Origin: Octopus sinensis
Taxonomy: Eukaryota
Direction of reading: 5' to 3'
Length of the DNA stretch: 64,000 nucleotides
Assembly (NCBI RefSeq): GCF_006345805.1
Contig: NC_043000.1
Location: forward strand, 55,118,001 to 55,182,000
The notes beneath the pieces were generated by a model. It was not told the origin of the DNA. It was given only the letters and a program-made list of their open reading frames with translations, and made no database searches. Position numbers and translations under genes: made by a program. Shown here in pieces: positions 12,935-24,461 of this stretch (positions are counted from its first letter, which is position 1; each line of letters opens with the position of its first letter).

Positions 12935-15079
12935 TGCCCGTGACCCGGTGGTTCACCAATAGTTCAAGGTACCTGAAAAGAAAACCGTGCCTTGGAAATC
13001 TGTGGTCTCATTTACGAGAAACTTTTGTTACTCCGTGTGTATTTACATTTCAATGGTACCTTATCTTTCAAAGCATTTCCTCAATTATACGTCGGTATGG
13101 CCATTTATAAAGGTACCAGAAAAACCGCGCATCTCGGTAACCCGTGGTCCGATTTATGCGAAACTTGTTTTATTCTGTTTGTATTCACTTGACCATGCGA
13201 TTCATGACGACCTCTGCTTTCGTCTCTTTCCCTCTGTTTCGCAAGACGCTCGGCTCTTCGAGCATCCGATTCCTGATCTCTTTTGCTTCTGTCTCTTTCT
13301 CTCTGTTCTACCAGACACTCAGCCCTTCCTTTATCAGTCTCATCGATCCTTCTAATCGCATGCCTGTCCTGATCTTGTGTAAATATTTCGTCACGGACCC
13401 GTTCGTAATTCGGTGTGAAATAATATATTTTCACGGGTGTTTTCGAGTGCATTCAACATATTTCACCTTCAAAACCTCCACAAGTCACTTTCGTCTGGAA
13501 ACATAAAGAGGGAATGAGTTGTGAGGATTTTGGAGTTTCTCATCAACCGAGTTTTGTTTCGTGGGCTCTCTTTTTCTTTTCCATGTTATTTCCCATGTTT
13601 TCGACGAATGTGACATCGAAATAACGCGTAAACTATACTTTTCCCCAGAAAAGGAAAGATTTGGCTGCTATTTCTAGCACGCCCTGCTATTACGCAGCAG
13701 CTATTTCGGGTCCTTTATCGCAAGTAGCTGTAACGTGGTAGCAAGGCACGCTAGAAATAACAGCTAATTCTTTGGAGGTGAGATACGTTGAAAGCACTTG
13801 AAAAAACCTATGGATAAAAATTACTTCACACCACAGTTACGAAATATTTATCGTATTTTTGAAGTCATTTTCATAAAAAATTTTTTTTTAATTTGCCAAA
13901 GCAAATTTTTTGTAATGGTATACACTTGGAACTAATTATCAATTAAAATATTGTCTGTTCAAAGAAAACTAAAATATAAATAATTGCTGTACAAACAACT
14001 TACACTTTTGAAATCACATTCACTTAAAAATATTTGTAAATTATCAAAATATTGTGTTTAACAAAAGCTTAAATAGAAACATTAACTGTAAAAACAGCTT
14101 CTATTTTTTCGTTGGCAAATTTAAGTCACTAGGACGTTTGCCAATCATACTGTGCATAACCGAAAGTTTAGAGCTTTTTCCTTTTCAGGGTTAAGACATT
14201 TCCGGAGTATTTTCCCATTATGCGGCGTTTTAGGTATTTATACCCCACCCCATATCTTAAGAATCAGTGGTCCGATTTATAAGAAACTTGTTTTATTCCG
14301 TTTGTATTCACATTTCTGGGGCTTTTAATTTGAAAGTATTCTCCAATTATGCGCCGGTTTGGGTGTAACATTCTAAGCAAATATGCTTGATGTTCATTTT
14401 ATACATATTGTATATTATACTATATACATAATACATAATAATATGCAATATATTATTAATATAATAATATGCAATATATATATAATAATATACAATATAC
14501 ATATTGTATATTATATTGTATACAATATGTATACATATTTTGTACATATTGTATACATATTTTTGATATTATTTCCCAAAATATTTCTTCATCAAATGTA
14601 AAAAAAAAAGAAAAAAAACACTTTAAATATTTCATTCTCCATAAGCGAGAGGTTGCTGAAATTCAGAATATGTTGGTTCGAAAGGGTTTCTGTTGAAACA
14701 AATAAAATATTTCGCTGTATCGCTACACATACATATACACAAGCACACGCAAACGAGTATATGTGCGTATATAATGTATAATGCATACACATTCATATGC
14801 GTATATAATGTATAATGCATACAAAATTCATATATGTGCGATTTCTTCTAATATCTAAAAAATAACAGAAGTTTGTTGTAAGAACTTTTACAGCTATTTC
14901 TGCACACTGAACACTGTTAATTCTGAAACAGTTTTCCTGCCTGTTTATGTGACTTTAACAGAATATATACTTACATTCTCTCAGTTTCCATCTACTAAAT
15001 CCACACACAAAGCTTTGAACGGCAGTAGGAGCGAATCCGGAATCATAAGCATATTTCTTACCACACAGCCACTTCAGCA

Positions 15080-15118
<39 letters not shown>

Positions 15119-16138
15119 AGTAAAAATTTTGCATTATGCAACTTGTTATTCTCTTCAAGTGAACATTTTTCCAGTTGAAATACACCGAAAAATGGTGACA
15201 CAGCAGTCAAAAATCGTAAAAAATAGGGACTTTCATAGAAAAAAAGCACCTTTTTGGTGTAAATAATTTTTGGTTTTAACATGGTCCGATTTGAAGTTTA
15301 ATCTTCTACAGAATGAAGAGCAAGCCTTCTATCATACTCTCAATTTTGGTCAACTTGCGATGCAGAGTCTCGAAGGAGATAGTGTTAGTTGAAGGCTACC
15401 AAACCTGCCACACACGGACAACTTCAGCTTTATATATATAGATTTGCTACACACTACTTTCCATCCTTAATAATGAAACTTGGTACATCCAAAAGTTAAA
15501 CACACAGACACACACACACAGATGCACAAATTGAGTTTTATATATATAGATTTCTCAACGGGGATTTCAGGGGAGAGTTTCAGGGAGTCGCTGGCGATGT
15601 ATCGTGATGATCAAAAATCCGGCCTGCTAAAATTTGGTTAAAGTGATTCAAACTGCAGATTCAACGCAAAATGGTCACATTTAATTCAAAGCGTTAAAAA
15701 TGTTACGAAAACAATTGGTATGTGTTCACAAAGTCCAAACGATTAATACGAAAAACCCTCCAGGCTACATCCCGAAAATTCATTTCTTTTCCGAATTTCT
15801 ACAATGTTTACGGCGATTCGTTTTTATATCTTATTTTTTTATTTTTCATGCAATTTATGCATGCTTGCACGCGTCAAACAGCTGACTGAGTAAAGTTCAC
15901 TATTCAATGCATAGGATAAGGCCTAAACAAACACATTATCGATTTTTGCACTTGCGAGATGATTTTCGGAACAGAAATAGCGCAGTTCAATTTTCATTCG
16001 CCTAAACATTAAGTGACCCATTTTTGGTGGTTCTACGATTTGTTGGCTAGGAGGAGATGTGCCGGGCCGTTAAACACACATACACACACACAGATACACA
16101 CACAGACACACAAGTTGAGTTACATATATATATATAGA
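12935..16138 (-). mobile_element. Composite Helitron-like array with stacked 5' termini, internal tandem modules and an STPR-like remnant
   Basis: Three ..TATATATAGA|T ends at 15442, 15550 and 16138 (5'-TC on minus, A|T target). Repeated gtggtccgattta..gaaacttgttttatt..gtattcac module at 13002, 13144 and 14267. Minus ORF 13105-13452 has a charged repeat (..RAECLVEQRERDRSKRDQESDARRAERLAKQRER..). Interrupted by other repeats. Confidence 0.55.
14976..15082 (-). mobile_element. Internally deleted tRNA-SINE fragment
   Basis: Reverse complement of the SINE head (gtggctgtgtggtaag) joined to gatttagtagatggaaactgagaga. Confidence 0.6.
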
Positions 16139-18189
16139 TATGTATATTGAGAGAGAGAGAGAGTGAGAGAGAGAGAGAGAGAAAGAAACATTTGGCTTAA
16201 AAGGTTATTAAAACAAATTAACCATATTCTCTTTAGTCTCTTGAAACTTTAGATATGGGAAAATAAAGATGTATAATGGTTGGCTTAATTTGTATATTTC
16301 TGCTAATTTCTTGTTAATTAAACAAGATGTATTTAATACACAATACAGCGTAATCAAAAGAAATTAAATATCAGGTTTTTCAACCAGTTTTATTGATATT
16401 TCCGCACTTAAGATTGATGACAGAAATCTATACATCCTTTCTATACATCCTTTCCAACAATGCCCAAGTTTACTTATTCCGGTATCGTAGAGATCGTAAG
16501 TTCTGTATACGATGAAGTTTTCAAAGGTACTTTTGAAACTATTTAATCGTCGAAGATTATTTCTCTCAACAAGTTTTTAAAATGCGTGCAGTAGGCAAGT
16601 TCTCCGGTAAGTATGATATTTGAGGAAGCTGAGTTTCTTATTTTAATTCCTTCAGTTTCTGCAGCGTTGGTTCTTCGACGTGCGCTCGAGCGTTGTTGTT
16701 TCGTCATATTGAAACTTTTCTATTTACCAATGATAAATATATACGCTACAATTTCTTTTAAAGATCACATTGATTTCGTGTCAATTCTTTTCTGTTGTGA
16801 TCGTTTCTCTGGTGAATTCATCTGGTTGCGGACCAACAACTAGTCATCAAAACCATATTTTGATGTAACTTCGGTCTGGGTTTTATAAAGGATTTTTTCA
16901 ATAATTAAATTCATTTCAGTCCTTTTATTCTCACGGCAATGTACATAAAATATACATTGTTTTTATTCAGGAAAATGCAGCGCCGATCGCGCTTTACAAA
17001 GTCTCTGGGCAGAGTTGGACTAATTTCGAAGACTGAGTCCAAATGCATTCTAGAGCTTGGGTACTGCTAAATGTACAAAATACGGTGGGAAGTGGTGTTT
17101 AGTCAGTCGTCGTGTATGTTTATCACCAAACAATATCATTACGGGATTTTATGTCAAAATGCAAAGGGCTGGCAGAACTGTTACATGTTTTCAAGTCGAA
17201 CTAAAGCAGTGAAGCGTGGAGCATTTTTACCGTATCCCAAACTTTTAGTAACCTGTCGCCTCTTGAAGTTTTTTTATTTCCAAGTTTTAAAAAATGAAAC
17301 TTTAAAAATCTTGACTTGAAATTATTTACCGTCAGCTTGGATTTAAGTAGAGACACCATGTCAGCCCCGTTAAGTAAGCCGATGTAAGTATAATTCTATT
17401 ACAGTCACATGCAAAGGAAGGAAAAGTGTTTGAGAATTAACAGTGTTCAATGTGCAGAAATAACTGTAAAAGTTCTTACAACAAACGTACGATACTTCAT
17501 GCAAACTTCTGTTATTTTTTAGATATTAGAAGAAATCGCACATATATGAATTTTGTATTAGTATGTTTGCATGTATATGTGTATGCATTATACATTATAT
17601 ACACACACATACTCGTTTGTGTGTGCTTGTGTATATGTATGTTTAGCGATAAAGCGAAATATTTTATTCGTTTCAATAGAAACCCTTTCGAACCAACATG
17701 TTCTGAATTTCAGCAACCTCTCGCTTATGGAAAATGAAATATTTTAAGTGGGTTTTTTTTACCTCTTATGTGTTTTTTTTTATGAAGAAATATTTTTGTG
17801 AAACTATATCAAAAATGAATCAATGCACGCACTTTGAATCAAAATAGGAATTTGCTTCGTGGGTTTACAAGTTCATGGAGCTGAATGAGAGATGAAAATA
17901 AATAACTTTCTTATAGCAGAACCTATTGATAAGCATAATCTCTATTGGAAAGATGTAGTCATGATTTCAAGAAAATTATGCAAGATTTATATATAGTGAG
18001 TTGTCAGTGTTTTGCCAGATCTACTAATCAAGTTCAGTCATAGTTATTTTGTAGGCCCCTTGAAGGAGAAGGAGTTGGTTGTAGTGATATTTTAATTTCA
18101 GAATTTAAGAAATATATTAATTACGATATTGTTTCGATTTCCATTTCTAAAGGAGACATTATTTCCAGAAGAACAATTGTACCCTTATT

Positions 18190-18316
18190 TATACTGGACT
18201 GATATTTGTCCTCATCTTGTGTATTGATAAAACAACTTTCGGCTGATATACCCTCCAGCCTTCATCAGGTCTCTTGGGGAAAATTTCGAACACGAAAAGT
18301 ATTTTTCGATGTTGTG
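18190..18316 (-). mobile_element. Hammerhead-containing tail, probably the 3' half of the SINE whose head is at 19599-19660
   Basis: Same strand as the head and directly downstream of the TAA tract at 18317-18334; contains the hammerhead core. Confidence 0.55.
18229..18273 (-). ncRNA. Degenerate minimal type-I hammerhead motif
   Basis: Minus strand gagac-CTGATGA-A-GGCTG-gagggtatat-CAGCC-GAAA-GTT-gtttt: perfect 5-bp stem II, 5-bp stem I with two G-U pairs, and a stem III one base shorter than the ACGT palindrome of the 59.8-kb motif. Confidence 0.6.
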
Positions 18317-18334
18317 ATTATTATTATTATTATT

Positions 18335-19535
18335 CAGTAGTTTTATTTTTATAGCGTGGTTTCACTTCACTACCGAGCGCAGCTCTGTGTGCCTTGGGTA
18401 TGTGTTGTGATTTGTTGTGATGCTCTGATGGTTATTGTATGGTAAGTGTTCTGCGTAGGATCTGTGCAGTGCCTAGTAGTGCAATTTTCTGTATGTTATA
18501 TGTGTTTGTAAGTCCTGGTGTTTTTGTTATGTATTTGTCTGAATATTTTTTTATCATGCCTAATGCACCTACTATGATAGGAATTGTTTCTGTTTTCAGA
18601 TTCCACATTCTGGTTACCTCTATTTCCAGGTCTTTGTATTTTGAGAGTTTCTCCATTTCTTTTAGAGACACGTTGTCATCTGCCGGTATTGATACGTCAA
18701 TTAGAAAGCATTTTTTCTTCATGATCTCTGACAACTATATCTGGTCTGTTGGCCTTAATTTCTCTATCTGTGTGTATCGCATATCCCAGAGTATGGTTGC
18801 TTTCTCGTTTTCTGTGACCTTTTCTGGTGTGTGCCTATACCATCTTTTTTCTGTTGTTATTCCATAATGTTGGCATAGCTTCCAATGTATGTAGGTTCCA
18901 ACTTTGTCATGTATGTGAATATATTCCTTCTTAGCCAGGACTGGGCAGCTAGAGATAATATGATTTATTGTTTCTTGTCCATCTCCACATATTCTGCAGT
19001 TACTTGTTATATTTCTTTTCATTACATGTATTTGGTAATTTCTGGTGGGGAGGCTTTGGTCTTGTGCTGCAATTAAAAATCCCTCTGTTTCTGCTTTGAG
19101 TCCTGAGCTTCTCAACCATTACTGGGATTTTTCTTTGTCTATTTCTTTTGCGTTTAGTTTAGTCCAGTATTTACCATCAAGTGGCTTTTCTTCCCATCGT
19201 TTTATCATGATTCGTTGCTGTTCTATTTTTAGTTTGGATTTCATTTGTTTCATAGCTTTTGTTGTTTCTTCATAATCTTCTTCTTCATATTTATTAGGTG
19301 GTATGATTTGTTGTTTGTATTTGTCAGCTTCCTTAAATACTGAGAACAGTTTTTTGTTTTGTTCGTGTTTTGCCGCTATTTGTATCAGTTTTCCTTCCTT
19401 CTGAAGTAGATATTTTTGCAGTCCTATGGTGGTTATTTTATAGTAGTTTTCCAGTCGTATAAGGCCTCTACCACCTTCTATACGTTGTATATATAGTCTT
19501 TCTTTGTCAGATTTTGGGTGATGCATCCTAGATCC
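18335..19535 (-). mobile_element. 5'-truncated R4/Dong-clade non-LTR retrotransposon (RT thumb, CCHC, RLE, 3'UTR)
   Basis: MHHPKSDKERLYI.R.EGGRGL; LKAETEGFLIAAQDQSL; CRICG..ETINHIISSC; LIDVSIP..EKLSKYKDL; RRTL. One stop and one frameshift. (TAA)n on both sides (18317-18334, 19536-19597). Confidence 0.93.
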
Positions 19536-19597
<62 letters not shown>

Positions 19598-19598
19598 T

Positions 19599-19660
19599 GG
19601 AATCGAACTCGGAATCTTGGGGCTAGTTGCCCACGCTCTTAACCACTATGCCATACGCCC
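19599..19660 (-). mobile_element. tRNA-derived SINE head (Pol III A and B boxes)
   Basis: GGGCGTATGGCATAGTGGTTAAGAGC..GAGTTCGATTCC: A box TGGCATAGTGG, B box GTTCGATTCC; runs directly into (TAA)n. Confidence 0.75.
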
Positions 19661-21046
19661 GAACTAAACAGTTGTATTCATCAGGTTCTTTTGAAGTGAG
19701 GACGTATAGAGGACACTCGCGAAGACAGTATTCATCAGTACAAATAAGTGTAAGATGATATATACAATTATTTTGATAATAAATATTACATACCTCCCCA
19801 AACGTATACACATGACATGTTTGTATGTGCGCATGCGTCTGTGTGCATGCATCTGTGTGTGCGTTCGTCTGTGTGTTTATTCGTCTATGTGTGCGTTCGT
19901 CTGTGTGTGCATGTGTGTGAGTGCGAGTTTGTATATTTCCTACGTAACTTCAACAACGCGTCCATTTTAGCCGTATAACCGGTGTAAGCTCCACAACAAA
20001 GAGATATAATGTGAACTTCGAATGTCTGAATTAGAAGCCTTACCTTACTAAAATTGCATGTAGCAGCAACCTAATGGTGGATTTATCAGTCTGCACAAAA
20101 TGTGTATTATATTCAAAAGTATAAATAGATGAATAAGAAAATTGTAAGTTAATAATTTTCATAATTATTTTAAATTAATATAAAATTAAATTGTTTAGAT
20201 AATATAATTATTTGTCTATTCTCTTCAATGCAAATAATCATTTGTAAATACTATTATAAATAATTAATCAAAATCAACTATTCACCCAATTGTGGCTTAT
20301 TAAACCAAGTGAATAAAATGTTGGTTAATTGTCCTTCGCTCACATTTTTCTACCTCATTTCATTGCTACGAACTGTTAATCATTGATCACTACAGTGCAT
20401 TAAGAAAGGATTGTATAATGAATATTCCTCTGATACAAAGCAATAATTTAGTGTTTAAGAACATTATTTCATTACGGGTAATCGGCCAAAACTATTTCTG
20501 TTGCAGATCCGATGCATGTAACACTATATCATTGATACTATTCTCATTTCTCATCTTGGAATGGCCTACTCACATTAGGTATTCATTACAAATAGGTTAC
20601 TCCGCGGATTAATATTCTGGTCCTGTGTGAGACATCTTGAACAAATATTTTCATGATTTATCTTTCTAATCATTGATTTCTACTGATAATCTAATTTCCT
20701 GATTAACAATTAAATTGAAGAGAAAACGCTATCATTAACACCGATTCAGTAAGATAATGCACATTTGCACTCTATAGTGTCAATGGTGCTAACCAGGAAT
20801 TATCGGAATGTAACGCTGTTTGATGATGTATTCAAATTGTATGTAAAGACAGCACTCGCATCTCTAAACATACACAAGATTCTATCATGCTACTTGACAT
20901 AATTAAAAGGTGCTGATATTCTTTAATGGCTGCAAATTGCAATGATCTCTAATCGTGTTAACAACTAAAGAATCTATTGGAGAGTGTAACAGCCATTGTC
21001 GTACGCATTTACCCTGAGACTAGTTGGCGAGAAAAAAATTATTATA

Positions 21047-21360
21047 CAGGTGTTTGAGTGGTATTTTAACCGACTGAAGGCTTATTGGTAAGGGTATTCA
21101 GCTGATGATTGAAAGGTCGTCAGTTTGACTGCCAGTGGTGCGTTGTGTCTTTGAGCAAGACATTTTAATTCACGTTACTCCAGTACACCGAGCTCACTCT
21201 AAAATGAGTTGTACTTATAGTTTAAAAGGGCCAACCTTGTCTCCTTCTGTGTCACACAGAATCTCCCTCAGAACTATGTAATGAGTACGCGTGTCTATGG
21301 AGTGCTCAGCCAATTACACGTTCATTACACGAGCAAACTGTTCCGTTGATCGGATCTGTA
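21047..21360 (+). mobile_element. Degenerate tRNA-SINE with a CORE-like ttgagcaagac domain
   Basis: ttgtgtctttgagcaagacattttaattcacg matches the 60843-61062 family; tail motif gctcagcc..cacgtt also occurs on minus at about 23365-23415. Confidence 0.6.
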
Positions 21361-22289
21361 CCAGTAGTAAAAAAAAGCGATTGACAAATTAAGTCGACTA
21401 TTGAAGTATATGAACAGTGAGCACATCTACTAAAGTCGGAACTGCATGTGTTATGAAAGTTTAATCACATAGTTTTAGAACTTTCGTAGGAAGCATTTGA
21501 CTGAAGATAATTTGTACTTGAAGGCAAAATAGTTACGTATAGGCATCACTATTGCTAGAGACATGCTAAAACGATCTACTAGTAAATAATGTATTAGATA
21601 TTCTTTTCTGTTATATTGTGAAACTTTACACCACTCCTGGTAAAAAGTGGTAGTAACCAGTCTTTATAAATAGACCAGTAGCCGGGCGGCAGAAAGAAGT
21701 TCGAGAATACGTGATTTCCGGTTTATGGTTCAGTTGCATTATTCGATTTGTTTGGTACACATATAAGTTTCTTCTGTCCTAGTGAATCGACGTTTTGCCT
21801 CTTGTATGATGGTGGCGCATCGCAGGAGAGGTTGAGGAGGTTGAGGCGCTCTTCCCTAGAATGTGATTTGTCTAAGGAGGAGTTGGCTGGATGTCTGAAC
21901 GGGATGGACGGGGAAGTGGAGAGGAGAAGTTGTGTGGCGGCTGGAGAAGGAATTTAAGGGGTCGGTCTGGAGGAGTTGAGTGGATTCAGGGCAGTGCTTG
22001 AGAGTGGTAAATGTGCTCCTTCCCCTAAAGATGTGTTGATGGACAGGGAGGAGAGAACAATTGTATACGGAACTTACGCCGCAGCAGCGGACAAAGTTGA
22101 AGTAGGGACGGAGGCCAAGGTGAAGGGAGTACTGGAGTCGAAATGACAGGAGATGACATACCTTGACGAGGCTCAGGGGTGTGGAGCGGAGGAGGTGCAG
22201 TTTGGGAAGGTGGCGGCCTCCGAACTGTACTCGACCATACCGCTGAGGACGGACGAGGTGATGTTTTGTCTGTATGAGGTCTCGAGATG

Positions 22290-22999
22290 TAAACGACCAA
22301 CATAATATACGGTTATAAACTTCTTGATCGACCCGTTCGCAAGATTTGGTGTACCGGATATAATGGAACACAGGTTGTACCCTGTGAGTTTGAAAGATTC
22401 TGCGGTATGTTCACATTAGAGCATAAAACTATAACACCGTATCGCCCAAGATCGAATAGATGGGCCGAAAGGTTCATGGACACCTTTAAGAAAGATTTAC
22501 AGAATGCTAATAAGGAAGCCACGGACGAGGTAGTGATCCAACAATTCTTACGGTTATACAGGGTAATTCCGAACCCAAATGCGCCAGAAGGAAGTTCACC
22601 AGTAGAATTAATGTTCGCCATAAAGGTGAAGTCAGTATTCGATAAGCTATTACCTGTGAAGAAAAGAATACTTGCTAGTAAAGTCATGCTAAATTTCTTT
22701 AGAATCGGTGATAAGGTATGTGTAAGAATGTACAGAAATGGCTAACAATACTGGGAAGGAGAAATTGTAACGTACATAGGAAAAATTATGCATGGTGTAA
22801 GAAGCAGAAATTGAATGGAAAGGAGACAGAGAAATGAGCTTAAGGAGAGTCATAGAAAAGGAACCAACAAGATGGATTGGTAATATATTATTTTTCAGCT
22901 CCCAACACCCCAACACCGTTACAAGAAGTCGATAGCACACGTACAAGGAAAAGAAGGAACACAGACTTCATAAAAGTAGACCCCAAGAAAAGATATTGA
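22290..22999 (+). mobile_element. Ty3/Gypsy integrase remnant
   Basis: FARFGVPDI..EFERFC.MFTLEH.T.TPY.PRSN..AERF.DTFK..FLR.YR..PN..SP.ELMF..GDKV..KVDPKKRY*; frameshifted. Confidence 0.85.
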
Positions 23000-23003
23000 G
23001 TAC

Positions 23004-23046
<43 letters not shown>

Positions 23047-23084
23047 TATATATATATTAATGACCGAAGGGGGTCACAACAAAA

Positions 23085-23117
<33 letters not shown>

Positions 23118-23161
23118 TATTAATAACCGAAGGGGGTCACAACAAAATATATATATATATA

Positions 23162-23360
23162 TTGATGTGACCCCATTCGGTCATGAATGACCATGGGATT
23201 GCACCTAGAAAGTTATCCTCCGAGGCAGAAGTCTGGGCAAATCTGTTTATGGAAGACCAGCAGTCGCCCACGCATACCTGCCTCCCCTCTCCACGCCACC
23301 GATGTTATCCAAGGGAAATACAAAGGCTGATACAGCTTGGCAACAGTGACGGCGTAGCTC
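23162..23360 (-). mobile_element. 3' portion of a tRNA-SINE (second family)
   Basis: Matches 60843-60960 and 54974-55135 (ttatggaagaccagcagtcgcc..gatgttatc.aagggaaa..ctgatacagcttggca). Confidence 0.75.
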
Positions 23361-23463
23361 ATTTATTAACGTGCAAGTGGCTGAGCAATCCACGGACACC
23401 TGCACCTTAAACGTAGTAAATAAAAGAAATTCATTGTTAAATAAAAATAATTAAGAGGTGTTT

Positions 23464-23501
<38 letters not shown>

Positions 23502-23879
23502 TGGAGGTGGGGTGAATAAAAGAAATTAATTGTTAAATAAAAAGAAAGTTAAGAGGTATTGTATATAGCGAAACTCTACGTCCCTCCCGGTAAAAGGTGG
23601 TAGTAGACAACCATTGTAAATAGACCAGTAACCGGTGAGAAGGTCGAAATGTGTAGATTATGTTGATATAATAATTATACTGTACGACTGCTGGTCGTAC
23701 AGTGCCAGATAGAACCATTCTATGGACGACTTCGGAATATAACATGTCAGAGCGACAGCTGTCGTCAAAAGACAGATACAGCCGTGGCAAAGACCGCTCT
23801 ACAAGATCTTCATAGATACGATGACAATTGTATATGTCCCCTTGTTGTTGATTTATTCAATAAATAGGCCTAAAACACG

Positions 23880-24080
23880 TGAACCCTCATAAGTTACAGA
23901 TCGGTTTCAAATTTTAGTACAAGTCCAGAAAATCTAGGGGACGGTAAATCGATTCAGTCGACCTCGGTGTTCAAGAGGTATTTCTATTACTCACCCCGAA
24001 AAGATGTAAAGCAAAATTGACGCGCGTGGAATAAAGGCCATAAAGTCAGACGGAATGCTGCAAGCATTTTGCCCGACCTT
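23880..24080 (-). mobile_element. Degenerate SINE with a Nin-like core
   Basis: tcgattcagtcgacctcggtg..accccgaaaagatgtaaagcaaaattgac aligns to the 33192-33423 copy. Confidence 0.55.
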
Positions 24081-24461
24081 AAAAGAGATGACAAGCAAAG
24101 TGACAAGAAAGCCTGAACGAACTTCGCATGGAAATCTATCCGACTATCTAACAATTCTGCTCATTCGTAGACCCTCACGAATTACATTTCAGCAATGTAA
24201 ACTTGTCTCTGGAGGAACAAGGAAACAGTTTGAAAGTATATTGCGTTTGAACTGAAGGATTTGATATGTATAGAAAATTGCTTTCTACAGAGTGAGCTAC
24301 TGAGAAAGCCTCAACATTCAAAGTAAGGAAACATATCCCACAAGATCGGCTACTTAAAACCAGCGGTCACATCTCATTCCAAATTTATCGTATTATCTTT
24401 AAGGAGGGGAATATATTGGACAACGTAGTCGTAGATATGGTAAGGAGAACCGTATGGTCAT

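Larger units (their letters stand above)
21609..23800 (+). mobile_element. Possible decayed LTR pair around the Gypsy remnant (about 21609-21810 and 23515-23800)
   Basis: Shared gaaact.tac....ctcc.ggtaaaa.gtggtagta..taaatagaccagta.ccgg at about 21620-21685 and 23570-23635; purine-rich aagtggaggtgggg before the right copy. Boundaries uncertain. Confidence 0.35.

Noticed and set aside
19536-19597. Regular short repeats that could be read as CRISPR-like arrays
   Set aside because: Pure trinucleotide tracts with no unique spacers and no cas genes; eukaryotic context.
19599-19660. Functional tRNA genes (also 33350-33423, 60433-60500, 61000-61062)
   Set aside because: A/B boxes are present but there is no complete cloverleaf or acceptor stem, and each continues into SINE body sequence.
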